In this document: one piece after another, positions 51,571 to 60,636 of the stretch | Layout of the letters: each line of letters begins with the position of its first letter | How positions within the stretch are numbered: the first letter of the stretch is position 1 | Source: Candidatus Dormiibacterota bacterium | GTDB lineage: Bacteria > Chloroflexota > Dormibacteria > Dormibacterales > Dormibacteraceae | DNA: 64,000 bases | Direction: 5' to 3' | Assembly: GCA_024280995.1 (NCBI GenBank) | Contig: JAMXLM010000045.1 | Location: 80,264-144,263, forward strand | Made by a program: the position numbers and the translations under genes | The notes under the pieces: generated by a model | The model's input: the letters and a program-made list of their open reading frames with translations, nothing else | Databases searched by the model: none | What the model was told of the DNA's origin: nothing

Positions 51571-52947
51571 CTAACGACGTAGTACCACCGCCGGGTAATA
51601 GGCCGGCAGCGTCGTCAAGCCAGGGAATTCCCGCGCGGCCTCGTCGCGCAGGGCCAGGTCCACTCCCCAGCTCACCACCACGACCGCATCGCAGCCCGAA
51701 AGCTGGTCGGCTGACGTGACCACCTTGAAGTCGCTCGTGTAGGCGGAGAGGACCTGCTCGTCGCTGTGCACCACGCACGCCGTCTGTCCCGACGCGTGGA
51801 TCTTCTCGACCGCCGCCGCCGCCTGCGGCAGCGCCAGTGGGTCCTGAAGGTACGTGGGCGCCTGGCCGACAACCGCGGCGACGGCTCCGGCGACCACGAC
51901 CGGCGCCAGCACCCACCAGCGCTTGATCGCCGCCGCCATCAGGTAGGCCAGCCCCGGGACCAGAAAGACGAAGAAGCGCGGGTAGAGGAACGCCGGTCGC
52001 AGGCCGAGCCACAAGACGGCGACCACCGCGGCCACCACGGCCACAGTGGTCCACAGCCACAGCCGGCGCCGCTGCGTCCACGCCCCCAGGCCGGCGGTGG
52101 CAAGCCACAGCCCGACCGGCAGGAGGACAGGAGCGCCGACGAGGAACAGGATGAGGTCGCGCGGGAAGGTCGGGTTGAAGAACGGGGGCGGCAGGCCGTG
52201 GCGGGTGAGCTCTTCGAAGTAGATCGCGGCGTTGGCGGCAACCCCGATCGCCACCGCGACAAGTCCCGCGGGAAGGAACTCGCGAAACCCCTCGCGTCGA
52301 GCCAGCAGCCAGGCGACGTGGCACGCCAGCACGACCACCGCGAACAGCTGGGCGGCGATGGCCAGGCCCATCACGATCGCGTACGGGACGAACCGGCGGC
52401 GATCCAGCGCCAGGGTGCCGACAACCGAGCCGAGGGCCGCAAGGCTGTATCCCCTCAGGTCGCGGCTGTTGTCCACGAACAGCGGATTCGTGGCGATGAA
52501 AAGCCCGGCGCAAACGCCGGCAAGCAGTCCGAATCGGCGGGTCAGCACCGTCGTCGAGATCCCCACGACTCCTCCTGCTGCGAGGGCTGGGATGACCCGG
52601 TAAACGACCTCGCTGCGCGACCCTGTGAGGGAGAAGATGACGTGACTGACCAGCGAGATCAGCACCTGGTCGTTGGTCGCGACCTGCGTCACGGGGATGG
52701 TCGGGATGACCGAGCGCACCGCGAACGCGTCCCAGATCGACGAGGTGCCGATGAAGTTCGCAAACGTGGCCGCGGCGTCGTAGCCAAAGGAGCGATTGGA
52801 GCCGACCATGTAGACGGCGAACGTGGCGGCGCCGAGGACGGCGCCCGCAATCGTTGCTTTTCTAGCCGACGTCTCCCACAAGCGCCTCGATATCTTCGCC
52901 CGTGTACGCCGCGGCTTGCATGCGGAAGAGCCTCGCGTAGCGGCCAC
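51571..52947 (-). CDS. polytopic membrane protein, GT-C fold glycosyltransferase-like (ArnT/PMT family, tentative)
   Basis: About 11 TM plus a C-terminal soluble domain. The start is uncertain: 52947 overlaps the upstream ABC gene by 86 nt, and ATG 52809 is an alternative. Confidence 0.5.
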   Translation of the reverse strand: MAATRGSSACKPRRTRAKISRRLWETSARKATIAGAVLGAATFAVYMVGSNRSFGYDAAATFANFIGTSSIWDAFAVRSVIPTIPVTQVATNDQVLISLVSHVIFSLTGSRSEVVYRVIPALAAGGVVGISTTVLTRRFGLLAGVCAGLFIATNPLFVDNSRDLRGYSLAALGSVVGTLALDRRRFVPYAIVMGLAIAAQLFAVVVLACHVAWLLARREGFREFLPAGLVAVAIGVAANAAIYFEELTRHGLPPPFFNPTFPRDLILFLVGAPVLLPVGLWLATAGLGAWTQRRRLWLWTTVAVVAAVVAVLWLGLRPAFLYPRFFVFLVPGLAYLMAAAIKRWWVLAPVVVAGAVAAVVGQAPTYLQDPLALPQAAAAVEKIHASGQTACVVHSDEQVLSAYTSDFKVVTSADQLSGCDAVVVVSWGVDLALRDEAAREFPGLTTLPAYYPAVVLRR

Positions 52948-54937
52948 CGAGGCGCATCAGCTCCTCGTGCGTCCCCTCTTCGACCAGCCGACCGTGCTCG
53001 AGGAAGATGATGCGGTCTGCTCGCCGCACGGTCGAGAAGCGGTGCGAGATGTAGACCGCCGTGCGCCCGCGGGTCAGTGAGCGCAGCCGTTCGAAGAGGT
53101 CGTACTCCGCCTGCGCGTCCAGAGCGGAGGTCGGCTCGTCGAGGAGCAGGATCCTCGCGTCCTCGCGCATGAACGCACGCGCAAGCGCAACCTTCTGCCA
53201 CTCGCCGCCGGACAGGTTGACGCCGGCGTCGAACCACTTGCCCAGCGCCGTGTCGTATCCCGCCGGCAGGTTGGCGATCATGTCGTCGGAGCCCGCCTGC
53301 TTGCTCGCGCTGACGATCGCATCGCGGTCGTCGATCTCGGGCACGTTGCCGAGGCCGATGTTCTCCGAGGCGGTCGCCTGGTAGTCGACGTAGTCCTGGA
53401 ACATCGCGCCGATCTGGCGCCGAAGCTCGACGGGTTCGAAGTCCTTGATGTCGACCCCGTCGATGAGGATCCGGCCTTCCGACGGGTCGTAGAGCCTGCA
53501 GATGAGCTTGAACAGGGTCGTCTTGCCCGCTCCGTTCCGGCCCACCACCGCAAGCGTCTCTCCGGGCTGGACGGTGAACGACACCTGGTCGAGCGCCTTG
53601 ATCTCGCCGCCGGGATAGACGAACGTGACGTCCTCGAAGCGAATCTCTCCGCGCATCGGCTGCGGCACCGGAGCCGGCTTCGCGGCCACAGGCAAAGACG
53701 GCTGCTTGGCCATCAGCTCGACCAGGTTGTTCAGGTAGAGGTTGTGCTCGTACATGCCGGAGAAGCCGCTCAGGACGCTCTGGATCGAGTTCTGGACCTG
53801 GATCGCCGCCTGCGTGTAGGCCGTCAAGGCGCCAAGCGTGAGCCTCCCGGCGATTGCCTGTAGCGCGATGTACAGGTAGGTGACGGACGTGACGATCGTG
53901 CTGATGTTGCCGAGCGCAAACCCGGTGAGGTAGCGGCTGACGACCTGCGACCGCTGGGTGTCGTAGAAGGCCTTGGCGATGAGCCGGTAGCGCTCGATGA
54001 AGTACGTGCCCAGACCGAAGAGCTTGACCTCCTTGGCGAAGGTGTCGAGCGTGACGAGGTTGACCATGTAGGTCATGCGGCGCAGGAGGCGTGAACCCCA
54101 GCGGGCGATGTTGTAGCCGCGCCACCCATAGCGCGTGTCGGCGATGAACGCCGGCACCGGTGAGATGAGCACGATCACGGCCAGCACCCAGCTCACTCCG
54201 AATAGGAAGGCGATCATCGTGACCAGGGTCAGCAGCGTCTGCAGCAGACCGAACGCCGTCGCGATCATCAGCACCGGCCGGTTGACGGAGTCGTTCTGGG
54301 CGCGACGCAGCAGGTCGTACGACGCCGGGTCCTCGTAGAACTGCAGGTCGAGGGACGCGGCCTTCTCCATGACCATCAGCTGGATCCGCATTGACACCGA
54401 GTTCTGGAGCAGCTGCTGGGTGATGTTGCGCAGGGTGTTGAGCAGCGCGGAGACGGCGAAGATCACGAACTGAAGGACCGCGAGAAACACGATGGTGCCG
54501 GTGGAGGTGAAGACCAGCGCCGGGACCCATGGCACGCCGAGGGTGTTCAGCGTCACCTGGTCCGGCAGGTGCTGGGCGTGGATCACGATCCCGCGGACCA
54601 CGGCGTTGGTGAGCATCAGCGTCAGTCCGACCGAGACGGTCGGGATGATTCCGGCGAACGCGGTGGTGATGAACAGGCCGATCGTGATCGGCCGGCTCGC
54701 CTCCCAGACCAGGTTCAGGACCTGCGGCAGGGCCGCCGTCGTACCCACGACGGACTGCTTGAGGCTTTCCCACCGGCCGCGCAGGTCTCTGGGCCCCTCT
54801 GGCTGCTGAGGTGGTTCGAGCGTCGGGTCGCCGGTGAGGCCGCTGTTGGCGGGTCCGCTCTCCGGCTTCCTCCGGCCTCGTCCCCACCCGCCCCACCAGA
54901 TGACGGGCCCGTGAGAGCCCGGCGGCATCATGCCCAT
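52862..54937 (-). CDS. ABC exporter, fused permease/ATP-binding protein (MsbA-like type)
   Basis: 6-TM N-terminal domain, then Walker A GRNGAGKTT, signature LSGGEWQKVALARA, Walker B LLLDEPTSALD. Confidence 0.88.
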   Translation of the reverse strand: MGMMPPGSHGPVIWWGGWGRGRRKPESGPANSGLTGDPTLEPPQQPEGPRDLRGRWESLKQSVVGTTAALPQVLNLVWEASRPITIGLFITTAFAGIIPTVSVGLTLMLTNAVVRGIVIHAQHLPDQVTLNTLGVPWVPALVFTSTGTIVFLAVLQFVIFAVSALLNTLRNITQQLLQNSVSMRIQLMVMEKAASLDLQFYEDPASYDLLRRAQNDSVNRPVLMIATAFGLLQTLLTLVTMIAFLFGVSWVLAVIVLISPVPAFIADTRYGWRGYNIARWGSRLLRRMTYMVNLVTLDTFAKEVKLFGLGTYFIERYRLIAKAFYDTQRSQVVSRYLTGFALGNISTIVTSVTYLYIALQAIAGRLTLGALTAYTQAAIQVQNSIQSVLSGFSGMYEHNLYLNNLVELMAKQPSLPVAAKPAPVPQPMRGEIRFEDVTFVYPGGEIKALDQVSFTVQPGETLAVVGRNGAGKTTLFKLICRLYDPSEGRILIDGVDIKDFEPVELRRQIGAMFQDYVDYQATASENIGLGNVPEIDDRDAIVSASKQAGSDDMIANLPAGYDTALGKWFDAGVNLSGGEWQKVALARAFMREDARILLLDEPTSALDAQAEYDLFERLRSLTRGRTAVYISHRFSTVRRADRIIFLEHGRLVEEGTHEELMRLGGRYARLFRMQAAAYTGEDIEALVGDVG

Positions 54938-55033
54938 GGGAGAGTCACTGTGTCGGTGAGCTTACGCGAGGTCATACGGCAGAGCCTTTCTCCCCCTTGA
55001 TGGCATTCGTGAAACGGTGTAATAATGTAATGC

Positions 55034-55468
55034 ATGGATGACAAAGAACTCGGTTCGATCAAAGGTTGGTTTGCCGGAAGGCTCCCGGACGGCTGGTTCA
55101 CGGGAGTAGAGGTCGCCGTCGAGGACGACCAGATCGTCGTCATCGGCACGCTGCCCGAGCTGAACCTCGGCTCGACGCCCGAGGAGAAGGAAGGCGCGGC
55201 CTCCGGCCGGATCGCCCGCTTCCGCGAGGAGACCCGCGGTGAGCGCATCGGCATCGCTCGCGAGGCCGAGGAGCGGTTCAAGAAGTACGTCACGTGGGGC
55301 GCGAAGCTCGATGGCGTGACCAAGCGCTTCAACCCCGGCGGTGGAGGTGGCGGATGGTCCGGCAACGACCGGCGCAGCGTGATGATCCGGCGCTGGATGC
55401 GCCGGCACCGCGGGCGCGGCCGTTACGAGCAGCCCCAACAGCCTCAGGCGCAGTCGCAGATCTTCTGA
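55034..55468 (+). CDS. hypothetical protein with Gly/Arg-rich C-terminal tail
   Basis: 144-aa ORF preceded by an AT-rich stretch (TGTAATAATGTAATGC). No recognisable family. Confidence 0.55.
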   Translation: MDDKELGSIKGWFAGRLPDGWFTGVEVAVEDDQIVVIGTLPELNLGSTPEEKEGAASGRIARFREETRGERIGIAREAEERFKKYVTWGAKLDGVTKRFNPGGGGGGWSGNDRRSVMIRRWMRRHRGRGRYEQPQQPQAQSQIF

Positions 55469-55477
55469 CCTCGCCCC

Positions 55478-56002
55478 TCACCCTTCATCCCTCTCCCCTG
55501 CGGGGGAGAGGGACATGGCCGAGTACATGGAACCCAGCCAGCGGCTCGGGATGGTGCTCAGGAGCCTTGTGCTCTCGAACCCCGCCTGAGCCGCCATTTT
55601 TTCCCAGCGCTCATACGTGAACGGATAAGGCACCCACGGGTTGCCGCGGTCGGCTCCGTACTCGACGATGATGAGCCGCCCCCCTGGCTTGAGCATTCTT
55701 CGCACAGACTCCAGCACGGGAGCCTTTTCGCGCACGAAGTGGAGCGAGTTCGCCATCACCACGCCGTCCAGGTGGTGAAGGCCGAGCGGTCGCGTGAAAT
55801 CTCCGACCAGCGTCTCGGCGCGACCGTCGAGCGCGCGTAATGCCCGGGCGTCCCGGTCGACGGCCACGACGTGCGCTTCGGGGCCGACCAGGTCCAACAA
55901 CGCCAGCGTGAAGGCTCCCTCACCCGCTCCCAGGTCGGCCCAGCTGCCGCCCTTTCCCGGGACGCCATCCCTAATCAGCGCGACGAGATCTGCGTGATTC
56001 AA
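55478..56002 (-). CDS. class I SAM-dependent methyltransferase
   Basis: Motif I ADLGAGEGAF, motif II-like VVAVDRD. TTG 56002 is the likely start, since the longer ORF to 56101 is Arg-rich and overlaps the upstream gene. Confidence 0.75.
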   Translation of the reverse strand: MNHADLVALIRDGVPGKGGSWADLGAGEGAFTLALLDLVGPEAHVVAVDRDARALRALDGRAETLVGDFTRPLGLHHLDGVVMANSLHFVREKAPVLESVRRMLKPGGRLIIVEYGADRGNPWVPYPFTYERWEKMAAQAGFESTRLLSTIPSRWLGSMYSAMSLSPAGERDEG

Positions 56003-56813
56003 CTTCTTCCCGCACCCTCGGCGCGACCTCGGACATGAACGCTCGCATGTCGTCGGGTTCTTCCCCGACGAGGAACGTGTCAATCCCCGCCTCGACCGCA
56101 AGGCCGACCAGCTGCTCCGCCTCCATGAACCCGGCGTTCAGCACCCGCCGGATCGAAGCGGGATCACGACCGGCCGCTCGCGCGCTTGCGTCGATGAGCG
56201 CAGCGCCGGCAATCAGCTCGGGCTCCTTCATGTAGCCGTACGACGGCACCCAGCCGTCGGCGAGCCGGCCGATGAGCGACAGCATTCGCGGCTTGTAGCC
56301 GCCGATCCAGATGCCGATCGGGTGCGCGGGCACAGGACCGGAGTGCGCGCCTTTCAGGTGATAGAACTTGCCTTCGAACCTGTTCCCATGCCGGCCGCCC
56401 CACATGAGGCGGATGACCTCGATCGCCTCCTCGAGCGCCGACACGGACTCAGGGCCAGTGCGCACCGGCCCGTCGTAGGCCTTGATCGCGTCCCAGAACC
56501 CGCCCGCACCGAGGCCCAGCTCGAAGCGGCCGCCGCTGATGATGTCGATCGACGTCGCGGCCTTGGCCAGCATCGCCGGTGGGCGCAGGGGCAGGTTCGC
56601 CACATCGGGGAACAGGGTGATGCGCTCGGTGCGGGCGGCGATGGCGGCCAGGAGCGCGAAGGTGTCGAAGAACCGGCGCTGGTAGGGGTGGTCCTGGATG
56701 CCGACGACGTCGTACCCCAGCTCGTCGGCGAGCGCCGCGACGCGGAGTGGACGCTCGGTCGCCTCCGGTGTGACAAACAATCCGAAGCGAATGGGCTGCC
56801 CGTAGTCCATCAA
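55971..56813 (-). CDS. LLM-class flavin/F420-dependent oxidoreductase (second copy, unrelated subfamily)
   Basis: FGLFVTPEA...YDVVGIQDHPY...GGRFELGLGAGGFWD pattern. Confidence 0.8.
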   Translation of the reverse strand: MMDYGQPIRFGLFVTPEATERPLRVAALADELGYDVVGIQDHPYQRRFFDTFALLAAIAARTERITLFPDVANLPLRPPAMLAKAATSIDIISGGRFELGLGAGGFWDAIKAYDGPVRTGPESVSALEEAIEVIRLMWGGRHGNRFEGKFYHLKGAHSGPVPAHPIGIWIGGYKPRMLSLIGRLADGWVPSYGYMKEPELIAGAALIDASARAAGRDPASIRRVLNAGFMEAEQLVGLAVEAGIDTFLVGEEPDDMRAFMSEVAPRVREEVESRRSRRAD

Positions 56814-56840
56814 GGGACTAGAAGGCGATCGGGCTTGCGG

Positions 56841-57104
56841 CTATTTCCCTCGCCGGAACAAGAGGCGCCAGATCAGGAGCAGGATCACCGCTCCGATGAA
56901 GGCGATGATGATCTGGTTGATGATGTCGGCGAAGCCGAGATGGATGTGTAGCTCGCCGGCGAGCCACCCTCCGAGGATGGCGCCGAGGATCCCGATGATC
57001 AGGTTCCAGAACCAACCCCGGCCACGGCCCATCACGACCAGGCTGGCCAGGAATCCGGCCACAAGCCCGACGACGATGAAGATCACGACGCCTGACAGAT
57101 CCAT
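56841..57104 (-). CDS. GlsB/YeaQ/YmgE-family stress-response membrane protein
   Basis: 87 aa. VGLVAGFLA...WNLIIGILGAILGGWL glycine-zipper TM pattern typical of the family. Confidence 0.8.
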   Translation of the reverse strand: MDLSGVVIFIVVGLVAGFLASLVVMGRGRGWFWNLIIGILGAILGGWLAGELHIHLGFADIINQIIIAFIGAVILLLIWRLLFRRGK

Positions 57105-57141
57105 GGCCGCTATTTAAGCGTCAGGCGCGCGTTTTCTAGCT

Positions 57142-57465
57142 ATGCCAACTGACCAATATCACGAGCCGCCGGCCGATTTGAGCCCTGAGATCCGCTCCTT
57201 TGCGCGTCTTGCCGCGTCATTGCAGGAGGAGGCCGAGGCGATCGGCTGGTACGAGCAGCGCCTCTCGATGGAGGGTGACCCTCAGGCCCGGGCGATCATG
57301 GAGAACGCGCAGGAGGAGGAGTTCAAGCACTTCGCCATGGCGCTCGAGTTCCTATCGCGACGCAAGCCGAAGTGGCGCGCCGTGCTTCAGTCGGTGCTGT
57401 TCAAAGAGGGCGACATAGTCGAGAGCGGCGAGGAAGGCGAGGAAGCGGAAAAGAAAGCTCGCTAG
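57142..57465 (+). CDS. encapsulated-ferritin-like (EncFtn/Flp family) protein, lacking an obvious targeting peptide
   Basis: HEPP...LQEEAEAIGWYEQR...DPQARAIMENAQEEEFKHFAMALEFLSRRKPKW...VLFKEGDI matches the EncFtn pattern as I remember it (E..AI.WY.QR; E-x-x-H; LE.L.R...KW). Acidic C-terminus. Confidence 0.65.
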   Translation: MPTDQYHEPPADLSPEIRSFARLAASLQEEAEAIGWYEQRLSMEGDPQARAIMENAQEEEFKHFAMALEFLSRRKPKWRAVLQSVLFKEGDIVESGEEGEEAEKKAR

Positions 57466-58088
57466 ATCGCCTCCATCAGCCTGCGGATCGTCTCCAGCTC
57501 CTCGATACCGACCATGTGGCCCATGCCCGGGTAGAAGCGGACCGCGACCTCGGCGCCCATGTTCCTGATCACCTCACCTGCGTCGACGACGCGAGGCATC
57601 GGGATGAAGGGATCGATGTCGCTGCAGCCGAGAAACACCGGCGTTCCGGCAAACGACCCGGGATAGTCCCGAGGCGTCCCGTCTGGACCGATCAGGCCGC
57701 CGCTCAGGCCGACGACCGCGCCGTATCTTCGTGCGTTGCGCACCGCCCACTCCAGAGCGAGGCACGCTCCCTGTGAGAACCCGAGCAAGACCAGGCGTTG
57801 CGTGGGCAGCTTCGCTTCGACACGTTCGACGGTCTGCGTGACGATGTCGAGGGCGGCGCTCAGGTAAGGCTCGTTGCTCTCGAGCGGCGCTGTGAACGGA
57901 TTCGGGTACCAGGCGTTGCCTGCGGCCTGGGGCGCGAGGTATGCCCATCCTGGGCGCTGGACCTCGGAGGCGATCGTCATGATGTCCTCCGCGGTCGCGC
58001 CGCGGCCGTGCAGCAGGATCATCGCCGCGCGCGCGGAGCGCAGATCGTCGCCCGCCTCGACGATGCGCTGCCCGTGGGGAATGCTCAA
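57462..58088 (-). CDS. alpha/beta hydrolase, phospholipase/carboxylesterase family (MhqD-like)
   Basis: TTG start. LLHGRGATAEDI, nucleophile elbow GFSQGA, C-terminal ...YPGMGHMV. Confidence 0.8.
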   Translation of the reverse strand: MSIPHGQRIVEAGDDLRSARAAMILLHGRGATAEDIMTIASEVQRPGWAYLAPQAAGNAWYPNPFTAPLESNEPYLSAALDIVTQTVERVEAKLPTQRLVLLGFSQGACLALEWAVRNARRYGAVVGLSGGLIGPDGTPRDYPGSFAGTPVFLGCSDIDPFIPMPRVVDAGEVIRNMGAEVAVRFYPGMGHMVGIEELETIRRLMEAI

Positions 58089-58099
58089 GCTTCCGTAGT

Positions 58100-59107
58100 A
58101 TGCCGACCTCGGTCTTCACGTATGGGAACCCGCGCGTCATCTACTGGGGCGCAGGATCGATCGCCCAGCTCGGCGCGGAGCTTGAGCGTCTCGATTCGCC
58201 GAGGGTCGCGCTCGTCACCACGCGATCGCTCCGCCCGGTCGTGGAGCGGCTTGGCCTCAGGCCCGTAGCCACGGTCGAGGTCGGGCAGCACTCGCCGATG
58301 CCGCAGATCCGGGCCGGGGCCGAGGACGTCGGGCTGGCGGGCGCGCGCGCGATCGTGAGCTTCGGCGGAGGCAGCGCAATCGACGCGGCCAAGATCATCT
58401 CGGTGCGCCTGGCCCGCGGTGACGGCGACGCTCTCCCCCACATCGCGGTGCCGACCACGCTGTCGGTCGCGGAGCTCGCGGCCGGTGCCGGGTATACCGA
58501 CGACGCGGGTGACAAGGCCGGGATGCGCGACCCGCGCCTTATGGTCGCAACCGTGATCTACGACGCCGAGCTCGCGCTGGTGACTCCGCTCGAGCTGTGG
58601 CTCTCCACGGGGATTCGCGCCCTCGACCACGCGGTCGAAGGGTTTCTCGCCGACGGTGACCACCCTTTCAATGACGTGATGGCCCTGGACGCGATCAGCC
58701 GGCTGTTCGACTCGCTGCCGCGCGCGAAGGCGGTGCCGGACGACGCCGGCGTCCGCACCGAAAACCAGCTTGCTGCCTGGTTCTCCTACACGCTGCCGGG
58801 CCCATCGGCGGCGGGGTTGAGCCACACGATGGGCAAGCAGATCGGGGCGCGCCACGGCATCCCGCACGGAGTGACGTCGTGCCTGATGCTCCCGCATGTG
58901 ATGCGGTACATGACAACTAAGAAACCGGAGCGGACGGCGATGCTCCCCTCGCCCGACGAGGTGTACGAATTCATCGGCTCGCTCGGCTTGCCCCAGCACA
59001 TCGCGGCATATGGCATCGGCGAGCAGGAGCTGCGCCGGGCGGCCGCTGAGCTTGCGGGCAAGTTCCCGGCCGAAGACCTGCTCGCGATCTACGTCGCCGC
59101 GCTGTAG
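58100..59107 (+). CDS. iron-containing alcohol dehydrogenase family protein (maleylacetate reductase-like)
   Basis: SFGGGSAIDAAKI, ...LDHAVEGF..., HGIPHGVTSCLMLPHVM metal-site pattern. 335 aa. Confidence 0.7.
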   Translation: MPTSVFTYGNPRVIYWGAGSIAQLGAELERLDSPRVALVTTRSLRPVVERLGLRPVATVEVGQHSPMPQIRAGAEDVGLAGARAIVSFGGGSAIDAAKIISVRLARGDGDALPHIAVPTTLSVAELAAGAGYTDDAGDKAGMRDPRLMVATVIYDAELALVTPLELWLSTGIRALDHAVEGFLADGDHPFNDVMALDAISRLFDSLPRAKAVPDDAGVRTENQLAAWFSYTLPGPSAAGLSHTMGKQIGARHGIPHGVTSCLMLPHVMRYMTTKKPERTAMLPSPDEVYEFIGSLGLPQHIAAYGIGEQELRRAAAELAGKFPAEDLLAIYVAAL

Positions 59108-59113
59108 TCGAGA

Positions 59114-59176
59114 CCCGCAAGTGCGACCGCTTGTGGGCTTTCCGACCATCACAGGTCACAAGTGCCACCACTTGTG
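59114..59176. repeat. pair of ACAAGTG-N4-CACTTGT-type hairpins (locus 2)
   Basis: CCCGCAAGTG-cgac-CGCTTGTGGG (59114-59137) and CACAAGTG-ccac-CACTTGTG (59157-59176). They lie between convergent gene ends. Confidence 0.7.
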
Positions 59177-59190
59177 CGCATAGCCACCCG

Positions 59191-59745
59191 CTAGTGGGCG
59201 CGGCGCGTGATCGTGCCGGCATGGCCGTGACTCGGACGCAGGACCGATCGCGCGTCGCGACCCAGCTCGCTCTTCGGGTAGCGGACGCTCAGCGCAAACA
59301 ACCCGGCAAACCTGACCACGCGAAAGCGGGCCGACGGCTCGAAGCCGAGGGGTTCGATCGCTTTCTCTGCCGGGATCGCGACGCTGCCAATCCAGACCCG
59401 TTTGACGCCTGTAGCGCGCGCCGCCGCTGAGATGCCGGCGACCAGCGATTTGAACACGCCCTTGCGACGGTGCTCCGGCGTTGTCACGCAGTTCCAGATG
59501 TACGCCTCCGCCTTGCGCGGCTTGATCTCGAGCTGCAGCTCACCGATCCATTCCGGCCCCGTCGACAGCCAGCCGTAGCCGGCGATCGCACCGTCGAGCA
59601 TCACCGCGAAGCAGCGGCACCCGCGCGCGAATCGGGGCTCGACGAGCTCGGCTTCCTGTCCCATCGCCGCTTCGATCAGCGCTGCCCTATCGCGATGGAC
59701 CTCCTCGACAGGAAAAAGCGGTGGACCTGTAGCCGGTAGGTCCAC
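59191..59745 (-). CDS. GNAT-family N-acetyltransferase
   Basis: ...AIAGYGWL...YIWNCVTTPEHRRKGVFKSLVAGI (acetyl-CoA site R-x-x-G-x-F/A pattern). Confidence 0.75.
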   Translation of the reverse strand: MDLPATGPPLFPVEEVHRDRAALIEAAMGQEAELVEPRFARGCRCFAVMLDGAIAGYGWLSTGPEWIGELQLEIKPRKAEAYIWNCVTTPEHRRKGVFKSLVAGISAAARATGVKRVWIGSVAIPAEKAIEPLGFEPSARFRVVRFAGLFALSVRYPKSELGRDARSVLRPSHGHAGTITRRAH

Positions 59746-59765
59746 CGCCCATAGGGTGCTTCGGA

Positions 59766-60608
59766 TTAGAAAGAGAAGAAGAGGTGTCGCACCTTCTCTA
59801 TGGCCTCAGGGTCGCCCTGGGCCGCGCCACCTGGGAAGCGTCCGAAGAAGGTAAGGACCTCTTCGGCGGCATTTGGGAAGAAGAAGTAGGCATCAGCGTT
59901 TTCGAAGTTTCCCTTTTCGGGCTCATAGGCAAACTTGCCGTCTTTGACGGTGACGCGCCACTTACCGCCCCAGGGGCCGTCAACGTGGATTCCGTACTGG
60001 ATGTCTACCCCCTCGGCCGCCTTCTGGTCGACGGTTCCCTGCCAGAAGATGAACGAGAACGGCAGGATCAGGCCGGCGGAGGCCTCGTCTATGGTCGCCA
60101 GCTTGTTGCCGAGGCCGTACTCGATGTCGTAGGCATGGACCGCGTAGTCCATGATCTGGAAGGTCGCGTATGCGCCTTCCGGAGCCGGGCCTCCGTACGG
60201 ATGCATGATGATCGAGCTGCCCCACGAATCCGGGGCCACGGCATCGAGAATGCCGTCGAGCTTCTCCGCATCCTTCTTGAAGCGGTCGATCGCCTCCTCG
60301 CGCGAAAGCTTCCGAAAGTCGAGGGCGTGATCATTCAGCGTGGCTCCCATCACCTCGAGGCCGGCGGTCGTCGGGGCGCCGCCCGACCTGGTCTCGTCCC
60401 ACTGCTTGAAGTACCCCTCCATCACGTCGATCATGTGGCCGACGAGGTCGCGGACCTCCCAGCCAGTGCATCGAGTCGGCACATTCCAGTTCTTCGGATC
60501 CGACACCAGCCTGGTGAAGTTCTCGCGGTCGCGTCGCATCACGGTCAACACGGTCGATTTGCCACCGCCGTCGAACGGGCTAACGGGGGTGATCACTGCG
60601 GTGCTCAT
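59766..60608 (-). CDS. maleylpyruvate isomerase (MDMPI)-family / DinB-superfamily protein
   Basis: ATG 60608 lies 6 nt after GGAGGG. ...TRCTGWEVRDLVGHMIDV... N-terminal DinB/MDMPI pattern. Confidence 0.65.
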   Translation of the reverse strand: MSTAVITPVSPFDGGGKSTVLTVMRRDRENFTRLVSDPKNWNVPTRCTGWEVRDLVGHMIDVMEGYFKQWDETRSGGAPTTAGLEVMGATLNDHALDFRKLSREEAIDRFKKDAEKLDGILDAVAPDSWGSSIIMHPYGGPAPEGAYATFQIMDYAVHAYDIEYGLGNKLATIDEASAGLILPFSFIFWQGTVDQKAAEGVDIQYGIHVDGPWGGKWRVTVKDGKFAYEPEKGNFENADAYFFFPNAAEEVLTFFGRFPGGAAQGDPEAIEKVRHLFFSF

Positions 60609-60636
60609 CAGCCATCCCTCCAGGTGACCACTACAG

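Noticed and set aside
51337-51574. Small ORFs in the MFS / GT-C intergenic gap (51337..51549 minus, 51350..51574 plus, 51352..51582 plus).
   Set aside because: They mutually overlap and have no SD or coupling signals. Their compositions are atypical (Cys/Trp/Arg-rich), and no family resemblance is visible.
55034-58088. Encapsulin nanocompartment operon around the EncFtn-like gene.
   Set aside because: No HK97-fold shell candidate (about 260-300 aa) exists next to it or anywhere in the window. The EncFtn-like protein also lacks a recognisable C-terminal docking peptide.
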